From the IMG/VR virus record IMGVR_UViG_3300043446_003894, positions 1 to 52,574 of that record: a stretch of DNA of 52,574 nucleotides; one strand, written 5' to 3'. Position 1 is the stretch's first letter; each line of letters starts with the position of its first letter. The stretch comes from a virus. Lineage: Duplodnaviria > Caudoviricetes. The translations under genes were made by a program, and so were the position numbers. Shown piece after piece: positions 35,101 through 43,606 of the stretch. The notes below the pieces were generated by a model. It was not told the DNA's origin and searched no databases. It worked only from the letters and a program-made list of their open reading frames with translations.

Positions 35101-36804
35101 CTATTCTCCTTGACGCTTCTTCCGAATTACGCCGGTGCTATCTCTGATATAGCCTTCAGGAACATCTCCTCCTGATGTGCGCGGCGCTTGTGATGGCTTG
35201 GTGCGCAACAATTCAGCGTTTGCTTTTCTGATTACGTTCAATTGCTCGTTGTAATCATGCTTCAGTTTTCTGTATTCGTCGCTCAACTCAAATTGAGTGA
35301 ATGACTTGCCCGGATTCTTGTCTTGGAAATCCGCCCACAGTTTGGCCGACGCATCATCGTACTGAGACCGAACATCTAGCAATTCAGACTTGAGCCTGAT
35401 CACACGCGCCGTATCTGTTGGCAGCGCTTCAACCGTTGCGTACAGCTTTCCTTCGTTCTCGGTAATTGCGCCTTCGCCCGGAACGCGTGAAGTCTTGCGA
35501 AGCTGCACCGTCAATCGTGCTGATGCCTGCATGAACATTTGCAGCGCTTCGACATCTTCCGGTTTCAATTTGTACTGTTGAATCGTGCGCACAGGAATTG
35601 AAAACGAACCGAATTGACCAGCCTGAATGCCTTGTTCAATTGCACGAAGTATTGAGTCTTTCAGCGACGTGTTTTGCATCAACTCAAATACGCGCGGATT
35701 TGAGGTTGCATACGAAGACATGTCCGCAGCGATTTGCCTGTTGGTGTACGCCTCTCTTCCTCGCTGCAACACTGTGTTGCCTGCCTCTTCGGCAGCTTTA
35801 GCGCGGACCTTCATCGTTTCGCCAAGACGTTCTTTCTCTGCGGCCTCTTCCGTTGGCGTGCGCGGACGCTCAGGAAGACCAAGCGCGCTGGAACGATCTC
35901 CAGTCTGTGCGCGACGAGCAATCCAACCTTGTTTGGCATAAAAATCTAAAATCAGATCTTCGTTTCCTGTGCGCTCGACTTTAGAAAGCACACGATCAAA
36001 TTCGCGAGAAATATTTCCCGGAATCTTTTTCGGACCAATCACCGGGAAATCGCGCTCGACAATCTTCGCTTGATACGGGTCGGTCTCAATGTAACGTTGT
36101 TGGCTACGAGAGAACGGGCCTTCCGGCGTGGAGATGATGTCCTCACGCTGCATCTTGGCGATCTCACGAACCTTGTCTCCATGCTCTTTTGAGATGCCAT
36201 ATGCCGCCGCAATGTCTGCATCAGTAATTGACCGAACCTGCCGCGGAGCACCGGTCGTGGTCACCGCACCCGGGGCTGCTGCCATTTGCATCGGTGCTGC
36301 CTCAGAACGGGGAACTGCAGCCCCCATTTGGGGAACCCCGGGCATTTGGCCGCCAGCCAGAGACATGAGATGTTCCATCCCAAGTCCGGCTTCTTTTGCT
36401 GCCAATGCCTTTTGCTCTAGATCCAGACGCAATTTTTGCGTTGCCTGTTCTCTTGCGATTTGCCTCTCGGCCTCATCAGCGGCTCCTTCCATCGCATAAC
36501 CAGCCGATTCAAGAAACGAACCGGTTTTGGTTGGCTTTGCGAAGCCTGCTGCAGCGCGCATCAGGATGGGATCAAACGGCAGCCCCATCCGACTATCAAG
36601 GCTTGCACGCATTTTTTCAATTTGCGAATCCAGCGTTTGCCGTTGCGTACGCAAATCTTGCATGGATTTCGTGAAGTAATCTTGAGGCGTTGCCGGCTCT
36701 TGATCCATGCCCGCGGCACGAATTGCTGCTTGAGCAGGAGAAGGAGCCGGCGTCGCTGCCGGACGCGCTACCTGTGCGAGAGCGCCTTGCGGTTGTTCGT
36801 TCAT
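35101..36804 (-). CDS. Putative internal virion (ejection) protein
   Basis: Mostly helical, 567 aa, in the ejection-gene position. Confidence 0.55.
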   Translation of the reverse strand: MNEQPQGALAQVARPAATPAPSPAQAAIRAAGMDQEPATPQDYFTKSMQDLRTQRQTLDSQIEKMRASLDSRMGLPFDPILMRAAAGFAKPTKTGSFLESAGYAMEGAADEAERQIAREQATQKLRLDLEQKALAAKEAGLGMEHLMSLAGGQMPGVPQMGAAVPRSEAAPMQMAAAPGAVTTTGAPRQVRSITDADIAAAYGISKEHGDKVREIAKMQREDIISTPEGPFSRSQQRYIETDPYQAKIVERDFPVIGPKKIPGNISREFDRVLSKVERTGNEDLILDFYAKQGWIARRAQTGDRSSALGLPERPRTPTEEAAEKERLGETMKVRAKAAEEAGNTVLQRGREAYTNRQIAADMSSYATSNPRVFELMQNTSLKDSILRAIEQGIQAGQFGSFSIPVRTIQQYKLKPEDVEALQMFMQASARLTVQLRKTSRVPGEGAITENEGKLYATVEALPTDTARVIRLKSELLDVRSQYDDASAKLWADFQDKNPGKSFTQFELSDEYRKLKHDYNEQLNVIRKANAELLRTKPSQAPRTSGGDVPEGYIRDSTGVIRKKRQGE

Positions 36805-36806
36805 GT

Positions 36807-37799
36807 TTACCCCACCAAATAACCGTTTGCGTCGTAAAAGTTTCCTTTGCCGTCGTGATACGAAACTGATTCAGCCGCTCCACCATTGGCGAATCGACGG
36901 CCTTTACCGCGGTGCGTAACCGACATGGGGGGCTTCGTAATCGAGCCACCGTCTTTTTTGACCGGCACTGTTGTCTGTTTCGTTGCGGGCGAGAAGAACG
37001 ATCCAAGGCCCGCCAGCAATGTTGCCACTTGCGACAACGGGCTGGCGCTAAACGTCCCCGGCGCAATGGTTTGCGTCGTTGACCCAAATGGCACGTTGTA
37101 TCCCTGCATCAACTTGGCAAACGCCTGCGCTTGCTGCATGGGAAGATCCAGCGCCTTTTGAGCCTGCGCCTGTTCCAAACCGCCGTACTCGGTCAACGCT
37201 TTCAGTCCGCCAAGGCCCAATTGCTGTTGCTGCTGCCCCAAATTTTCAAAGGCTTGGCCAGCCTGCAAAGCACGGCTCAGATCTGCCTGCGCGGTTCGTC
37301 CTGCTTCGGTGTAACCAGCCTGCAGGGCGCCCATTTGCTTTCCCAGCAAGTCAGCGGAAATATCACGCAACACATTTCCGGTGATCTGCTGTTGCCGACG
37401 AGAGCCAAACTGACCAGTCCCGATCGCGGCGCCACCCAGATTGGGCAACACGTTTTCCTGCAGGTTTCTGGCCGACAGCCGACCCATTTCGTTCACGACG
37501 TTTTGGGTGTACGGATTCATATATCCGCCAACGACGTCAGGAACCGTGGTGGCTCCAGCCTGCCCCAGCAATTGCGACGCAGCCCCAAGACTGCCGGCGC
37601 CAGAAAAAGCGATGTCCGGGGCCATGCTCAGAGCCTGCTGCTGCAGCGGGCTGAGCCCTGCTATACCGCCTTGCTGAACGGCATTCTGCCCAAGGTTGGC
37701 AATATCTTGAAGATAGTTTGTGTAGAACTCCGGCGCAGTTTGCTGCGCTTCAGCTACGGTTGTGCCGTAGATCGGATCGCCTTGAAATAATCCTGCCAT
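36807..37799 (-). CDS. Putative DNA ejection/pilot protein
   Basis: Gln/Gly/Ala-rich; YMNPYTQNVV and GQFGSRR motifs. Confidence 0.6.
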   Translation of the reverse strand: MAGLFQGDPIYGTTVAEAQQTAPEFYTNYLQDIANLGQNAVQQGGIAGLSPLQQQALSMAPDIAFSGAGSLGAASQLLGQAGATTVPDVVGGYMNPYTQNVVNEMGRLSARNLQENVLPNLGGAAIGTGQFGSRRQQQITGNVLRDISADLLGKQMGALQAGYTEAGRTAQADLSRALQAGQAFENLGQQQQQLGLGGLKALTEYGGLEQAQAQKALDLPMQQAQAFAKLMQGYNVPFGSTTQTIAPGTFSASPLSQVATLLAGLGSFFSPATKQTTVPVKKDGGSITKPPMSVTHRGKGRRFANGGAAESVSYHDGKGNFYDANGYLVG

Positions 37800-37802
37800 G
37801 TT

Positions 37803-39767
37803 CTACCCCTTCAGATAAGCCAGCGGCGACTTCGCGGGCGGTGGAATTTTGTTGATCGGCGCGGATCGCTTGTGTTCTCGGATCTGCTCACGCATTTTGT
37901 CCAGCGCTTTTGCTCCAGCCTTTGTCGATCCATTGCCAAGAGCGGCAACGGTGTCAGCATCAAATACGTATTCCCCATCAGCCAACATGGCCGGGATGTC
38001 ATCGCTTTGACCATCCCCCGGCCCATGGACCGCAGACCCCTGCCGGAAGTCAAGACGACCTTGCCGCAAAGGCACATTTGAGAGCGCCGGCAAGCCGCCA
38101 TGTTTCATGCCGCCGCCGTCTTTTACCTGCAGATTGTCCAGCGGATTCACAGGATTGCCAAAAGTATAGTGCGTCTGCTGAACGCCCGCCAGACCGCCTC
38201 GAGCCATTGCCGGCTGCTCGGGTTCGTTCACGGGGTTTGCGCCCGGCACATTCAGGTTTTGATAGAGTTCATCGCCATAGATGTCTGTGGCCAAATTAGG
38301 CTGGGCATACTGGCTGTACGGCACAACGCGCGCAGGTCCGATGCCAAAATCCGTGGTGCGTTCAGGAATTCGAGAGACAGCCGCCATGTCAACGCTAGGC
38401 GCCTGTTGGCCGCCACCGCCAAGTAGCGAAGTGTTCCCCAGCAGGCCGCCCAACAATGCACCAGCCGCGCCGGCTCCCAAATATCCGCTGCTAGAAATTG
38501 GGTCAATGATGTTTGACTGCAGCCATTTTTGAGCGGCTTGCAGTCCACCAGACTCCCCACCAAGACCGCCGGTCGGAGCAGGCGTCGTCACTCTGGGTTT
38601 TGGCAGCGTCACATTTTGCGTGATGTCTTCACGACCACCGCCCGCAGGAATTATTGCGCCGCTTGGATCATAGACGTTGACGATGTTGCCATAGTCATCG
38701 GTGACGACCGCATTGCCATAATCATCATAGGTTGTTTGATATGCGCCGGTCGATGAATACACGTCACCATTTTGGTCATAGGTAACGCTACTTCCATCGT
38801 CGAAATATTGGATGTAACTGCCATCATCAAAATATTCGACGCCGCCACCATCTGCATAGCCGCCATCTTTCATAATCACCGCTCCACCATCTTTGTAGTC
38901 GCCCCAGTCACCTGAATAATCTTCAGATGGTGCAGGCGCTGCTTGACTGAATTCTTCATCCCAAAATGTAGACTGCTGTTCTTGTGCAGAAGGCTGACTC
39001 GATTCAGACGCACTTGCATCAAACACCAATTCACCAAATGCGTTGTAAATGTTTCCATCGCGATCTGTGTAATACATTTCCTCTGTTGCTGGAACTTGGC
39101 TTGCAATATCGCTTTGGTCTGGTTGCGCGACAGTTTTTGGCGTAACGGTATCCGTCAATTCCGTACCTTGTACAGGCTCCTGATTTGGGACAGGATAAGA
39201 CGAAGACATGTAATTTCCGTTTTTGCCATAGTAGTCTAGGCTGCCATCATCATTGCGGACAATGTATGTTCCGTCTTCTTGCTTTTCTGCATTCAAAGGA
39301 AGCCCTGCAGGTGAAGGCTGTACAGGCGTTTCTGCCGGCTTGGTAGCGGGCGTTGCTACTGGAGCAGCAGGGCGAGACGGCGTCACCGGGGCAGATGGAG
39401 TCACTGGCGGCCGAACTACCGGAGCAACGGGCTTGGTTGCTGGCTGCGCTACAGGCTGTGTGGCGGGCTGCTTGGTTACATTCCCTTTGCTATCGAAGGC
39501 AAACTTTGCACCCAAACCAAGAGCCGCGCCCAACAAGGCATTGGCTGCAGCGTTGCTTGTTGATGCCCGAGGCTTCAATACCGATGTTGGCCGCGACGCT
39601 CCAGAGGTGCGGGTCGTCAGCGTTGGTCGTGTCGTGCTGGTCAGGGATGCCGGAGTAGCAGCAACTCGAGCGGCTAGACGAGCGCTTGGCCGCTGAAACG
39701 CAGAATCAAGCGATCGCGTTACATCGCCTCGCGTTGCAGTCGTTTTTCGTTTTTGGAGTATTGCCAT
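37803..39767 (-). CDS. Putative internal virion protein
   Basis: C-terminal GPGDGQSDDIPAMLADGEYV domain; several xxxGG motifs. Confidence 0.6.
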   Translation of the reverse strand: MAILQKRKTTATRGDVTRSLDSAFQRPSARLAARVAATPASLTSTTRPTLTTRTSGASRPTSVLKPRASTSNAAANALLGAALGLGAKFAFDSKGNVTKQPATQPVAQPATKPVAPVVRPPVTPSAPVTPSRPAAPVATPATKPAETPVQPSPAGLPLNAEKQEDGTYIVRNDDGSLDYYGKNGNYMSSSYPVPNQEPVQGTELTDTVTPKTVAQPDQSDIASQVPATEEMYYTDRDGNIYNAFGELVFDASASESSQPSAQEQQSTFWDEEFSQAAPAPSEDYSGDWGDYKDGGAVIMKDGGYADGGGVEYFDDGSYIQYFDDGSSVTYDQNGDVYSSTGAYQTTYDDYGNAVVTDDYGNIVNVYDPSGAIIPAGGGREDITQNVTLPKPRVTTPAPTGGLGGESGGLQAAQKWLQSNIIDPISSSGYLGAGAAGALLGGLLGNTSLLGGGGQQAPSVDMAAVSRIPERTTDFGIGPARVVPYSQYAQPNLATDIYGDELYQNLNVPGANPVNEPEQPAMARGGLAGVQQTHYTFGNPVNPLDNLQVKDGGGMKHGGLPALSNVPLRQGRLDFRQGSAVHGPGDGQSDDIPAMLADGEYVFDADTVAALGNGSTKAGAKALDKMREQIREHKRSAPINKIPPPAKSPLAYLKG

Positions 39768-39770
39768 TCC

Positions 39771-41522
39771 TTATCCCCTTTTCAGCAACGCCGAAAGGCC
39801 AGCTATGTTGGTAATTGGAGTCAACGTTCTGACATCGGCTCTCTTCGGGGCCGGCTTGTAAATTGGAATCAATTGACTGACATCCACCTTTTGAGGTGGC
39901 GGCGCAGACGCTGCCTGTCTTAATGCTCCGCCCTGTGGAACCATCGGCCGCGCTGCCGATACTGACGGCATCATTTGCCGGGCGCTGGGACGCGTTACAG
40001 GAGCCGCTATTGCACGCGAAATGCCCTGCTGAATTGCTGGCCGCAAAATTTGGTTCAACGCGCCAGACGCTTGTTTCTGGGCTTCCCCCGTGTCTTGAGT
40101 AAGACCAGCGGCCGGCAAAGCGCCTGCGGGCGGCACATTCATAACCGGCGCTTGCGGCATTCCGCTCAAATCAACCGGCGCCTCACCTTCGGGAGTTTCT
40201 ACCTGAACGGCCTGCGACGGCAAAACATCTTCAGCCTCAATGGCCGCGGCCGGCGTTGCCGTTCTGACGCTCTCGGCAATGTCCTGAACTTCTTTCGGGA
40301 AGATCGCGGTATCTAACGACGGCTCTGCAAACTCACCAGTCTGGAACTTTTCAAAATCTCTTGACGTGACTTCCGGCACTTCACCATAAACAGGCTCGGT
40401 GGGAATTCCCATCTCATCCGCCTGCGCAAGATCCCGAACCTCAGCAGGAAGTTTTTCTGCCGGGACAGGCTCTGTCGTTTCGGTTTTTGCAAAGTCTTTT
40501 TCTGTGACCTCTGGCGCCTGTCCGTATACCGGTTCTTTCGGGATGCCAAACTGATCAACTTGTTCTGGTGACGTCACGGCATCTGAAATCGTGCCGCTGA
40601 CATAGTTGCTCAATTCGTTGACGCCGAGATTAGTCAGCCCGCGCATCGGATCTTGATCGTTCACAACACTGCGCGTCACAGATGCTGCGGCCCTTCCGGC
40701 CAGCGAAGATCCTGTCGCATCAGCAACCTCGTTGCCAACCGCGTTGGACAGCAAGCTGGTTCCAATGCCCTGCACCGACAAATCGCCACCGCGAACAATT
40801 GTTCCCAAGGCTTGGCCAGCGACCTGCCCGGCTAGTTTTGACCCTGTCTGTGCAGCAACTTCTCCACCAACCAATCCGCTGCCAACGCTGATCAGCGAGT
40901 TTTCCAATGCCTTGCCAAAATCTCCGCCGTTGGTAACCGTTGATATTGCGGTTTGCCCAGCCAGTTTTTGCAACACAGGGTTGGCGTCTGGCAGCAACGT
41001 TTCACCAATCATCTTGGTTAGATTAGTCGCACCCTCGGACAGCAATCGGAAGGGATTCGTTGATACATCTGTTGTCGATTGCGCAACCTCAACAAGAGGG
41101 CTGACATCAAGTCCAGAAGTTGTTGCTACAGCATCAGCAACGGTTGCGCCTTGCGATACCATTTGCGCAGCTTCTGCAGCTTCAATCACCGCGCCCGCGC
41201 CGGCTTCAGCAATGACCGCCTCTGCAGCAACAGCTTCTGAACTTGCAAGAGCCACCGCAGATTGCGTCGCCTCAAGAACAGCCGTTCCTGTACTAACTGC
41301 CTCTGCCGCACTAGCAACCTCAATTGCGGCCGCCGCGCCCGTTTCTGCTGACATCGCCGCTAACACCTCTGGCGCAGCCACCGCAGCAACGAGCAACAAT
41401 GGATTTTCTGATACCGTCTCAATAACAGTATCAGCAACGTCAACAACGTCTTGAGCGACGTCTCCAACAAAGTCAACGACGTCTTCTACAACGCTTGCTA
41501 CCGCGGCTACGACTGCGCCCAT
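39771..41522 (-). CDS. Putative ejection protein with Met-Gly amphipathic/hydrophobic N-terminus
   Basis: MGAVVAAVASVVEDVVDFVGDVAQ...PLLLVAAVAAP; Gly-zipper-like middle region. Confidence 0.55.
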   Translation of the reverse strand: MGAVVAAVASVVEDVVDFVGDVAQDVVDVADTVIETVSENPLLLVAAVAAPEVLAAMSAETGAAAAIEVASAAEAVSTGTAVLEATQSAVALASSEAVAAEAVIAEAGAGAVIEAAEAAQMVSQGATVADAVATTSGLDVSPLVEVAQSTTDVSTNPFRLLSEGATNLTKMIGETLLPDANPVLQKLAGQTAISTVTNGGDFGKALENSLISVGSGLVGGEVAAQTGSKLAGQVAGQALGTIVRGGDLSVQGIGTSLLSNAVGNEVADATGSSLAGRAAASVTRSVVNDQDPMRGLTNLGVNELSNYVSGTISDAVTSPEQVDQFGIPKEPVYGQAPEVTEKDFAKTETTEPVPAEKLPAEVRDLAQADEMGIPTEPVYGEVPEVTSRDFEKFQTGEFAEPSLDTAIFPKEVQDIAESVRTATPAAAIEAEDVLPSQAVQVETPEGEAPVDLSGMPQAPVMNVPPAGALPAAGLTQDTGEAQKQASGALNQILRPAIQQGISRAIAAPVTRPSARQMMPSVSAARPMVPQGGALRQAASAPPPQKVDVSQLIPIYKPAPKRADVRTLTPITNIAGLSALLKRG

Positions 41523-41968
41523 TATTTGCCTCCCCGAGCGGGACCAAGCACCAACGTGACCTGATAGCCGCCGTCATCTGTCCTCTGAACCGCATACCCC
41601 ATGTTGGCCGGCTGCGGCCGACCAATAGTCTTGAATATATTCAGGATGCTTTCATCTTTGAATTGAGTAACCAGAACATCAAATCCAACTTTGTAGGCAG
41701 CATCCGCAAAAATGCGGCTGCTCTCCAAAAAATTGCGAGCGGTATCTGCATTCAATGCCCGAAAGTAACCGTACCCGGGCTGCTTGCTTTTGTGGCAGAC
41801 AAAAATCGTGTTGCCGTTTCTCATCTTCCAAGTATTTGGCATGTTGAGTTCAATCTTCAACATTTGAAGCACCTGTTCCGGCGGACGATCAACGCCAGTA
41901 TTTTTTGCCGCGATCAGACAAATCTCATCGCTGGTCAACATCTTTTGTTTGCTGTCCACCATCTGCAT
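41522..41968 (-). CDS. Putative GNAT-fold acyltransferase
   Basis: Start ATG 41968. Pattern YFRALNAD / ARNFLESSRIFADAAYKVG / FDVLVTQF / ESILNIFKTIG resembles GNAT beta4-alpha3-beta5-alpha4. Fold is inferred, not searched. Confidence 0.4.
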   Translation of the reverse strand: MQMVDSKQKMLTSDEICLIAAKNTGVDRPPEQVLQMLKIELNMPNTWKMRNGNTIFVCHKSKQPGYGYFRALNADTARNFLESSRIFADAAYKVGFDVLVTQFKDESILNIFKTIGRPQPANMGYAVQRTDDGGYQVTLVLGPARGGK

Positions 41969-41969
41969 A

Positions 41970-43082
41970 TCAAAGCCCCTCGAATATCGCGGCGGAGTAA
42001 ATGTTCCCCATCCCCGCGGCCAAACTAAGCACCAACCCATCCGGACGTGCTACCGGTTCCGACAAGAAAACCGAATCGGTTTCTGTTCGGTTGGCAATCG
42101 CAGGAACAATTCCGTTTTTCATGTCATCCAGCAATAATAGAGTTTCCAGCAGCCCACTGGAACCCATTGTGTGACCTATTTTTTGCTTGTAGGACGTCGC
42201 CACAAACTCTGGCAGCAATCTGGTCAATGCCGAACGTTCCGCCTGATTGTTGGATTGCGTCCCGGTTCCGTGAGTCTTCACAATCTTGAGACTCTCGTAA
42301 GACACGCCAGAATGGGCTACAGCGCCCTCAATTGCCTTGGTGAACCCTTCCCCATCTTCCCGCTGGCCAATTGCGTTGGTGGACGTTTCAGACGCGTTGT
42401 AGGCCCCAACCAGACGAGCCGCGGGCATGGCCCCGGTCTTTGCCATGGCTTGGGCGGTCTCAAATACCGCCAAAGCAGCCCCCTGTCCAACCCGGAAGCC
42501 ATAATTTTTTGAGTCAAACGCCGAAGGCAGGACGCCGTCCTCCTCTTCCTTTGCGCTCAAAACCGCCTTGGAATTGCCAAAAAACTCGAGCACGGCATTG
42601 CTCACCCCGTCCTCAACGGTCAGCACAATGACCCGCTCAAATCCGTAATGGGCCATCAAGATGTTGACGTCCTGCATCACTTTCAGGCTGCTGGCGCAGG
42701 CGCTGGCATCCGTGGTAATCATGTCGATCTGGCCAAAGGATTGAGCCACCCTGCCGGCCCAGACCTGCGTCAACGTGAACGGCAAAAACTTGTATCCGTA
42801 ATTGAGCCGATTGTCCGGGTATGGCCTTGCGCCGATCCCAGCAAAATGCGCGTTTCCAGAGGCCAGAATGAATGCAGTCTTGCCCACCGGGTTTTCCCGT
42901 AGGTGCGCAATCAAATCGGCATCCAACACTTTTTCAGCCAATCGATGAGGGACGTAAAACATCCCTGACTTCGTTCTGGCGTAAGTATCCGGAAACCAGT
43001 TGACCTTTTGCGGATACACTATGTCATCGAACAACTCAACATGTTCTGTTGAGGCGGTACGATATTGTGTCAAAAAGATCAC
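41970..43082 (-). CDS. fabF: Beta-ketoacyl-ACP synthase (FabB/FabF-like)
   Basis: Cys-His-His triad motifs SACASS, HGTGT, KIGHTMG; also FD...GF..GQGAAL.V.E. Confidence 0.9.
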   Translation of the reverse strand: MIFLTQYRTASTEHVELFDDIVYPQKVNWFPDTYARTKSGMFYVPHRLAEKVLDADLIAHLRENPVGKTAFILASGNAHFAGIGARPYPDNRLNYGYKFLPFTLTQVWAGRVAQSFGQIDMITTDASACASSLKVMQDVNILMAHYGFERVIVLTVEDGVSNAVLEFFGNSKAVLSAKEEEDGVLPSAFDSKNYGFRVGQGAALAVFETAQAMAKTGAMPAARLVGAYNASETSTNAIGQREDGEGFTKAIEGAVAHSGVSYESLKIVKTHGTGTQSNNQAERSALTRLLPEFVATSYKQKIGHTMGSSGLLETLLLLDDMKNGIVPAIANRTETDSVFLSEPVARPDGLVLSLAAGMGNIYSAAIFEGL

Positions 43083-43360
43083 TTGATCTTCTCCACCGCA
43101 CTTTCAACTGATTCTGGCTCTTGTTTTTTGTTGGCCATTACCAGATCGTGGAGTTCTCCGACGGTTTGAGGCGCCCATTCCTTGGAAACCGCTTCCTCTA
43201 TTCCATACAGTTCACTCATGTACATGATGAGCATGATGGTATCGAGGCTATCAATCCCAATGTCCGCAAACTTGTCATCCAAAGACGTAGCAAACACCTC
43301 ATTCTTGTGCATGGGCTTTGCTATTTGAGCGACGGCATTAAACAGTTCGATGAAGTTCAT
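43079..43360 (-). CDS. acpP: Acyl carrier protein
   Basis: DIGIDSLD phosphopantetheine-Ser motif, acidic 93 aa, TVGEL helix IV. Confidence 0.88.
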   Translation of the reverse strand: MNFIELFNAVAQIAKPMHKNEVFATSLDDKFADIGIDSLDTIMLIMYMSELYGIEEAVSKEWAPQTVGELHDLVMANKKQEPESVESAVEKIK

Positions 43361-43605
43361 TGGACAGGCTGGTTAACGGCATTGACTACGGCCGAAGCCC
43401 AGTCCTGCCAATTGTTGAACACGTACGGACCCGGGATGCCTTCGTTGACAAAAATGTCAATGGCTTTTAGTCCTGCAGCCCATTCTTTCCAGTTTTCTTC
43501 TCCGCTAGGCGCAGCCAGTTGCTGACCAGCGTACGCCTCAACCATAAGACTGGCCCATGAGTCCCAAGTGTGATACCGCGGATCATAGACAACGGCGAGC
43601 GCCAT
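43357..43605 (-). CDS. Small Trp-rich conserved tail-module protein
   Basis: WDSWA...WKEWA...PGPY.F.NWQDWA; ATGA overlap with the ACP gene. Confidence 0.6.
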   Translation of the reverse strand: MALAVVYDPRYHTWDSWASLMVEAYAGQQLAAPSGEENWKEWAAGLKAIDIFVNEGIPGPYVFNNWQDWASAVVNAVNQPVQ

Positions 43606-43606
43606 A

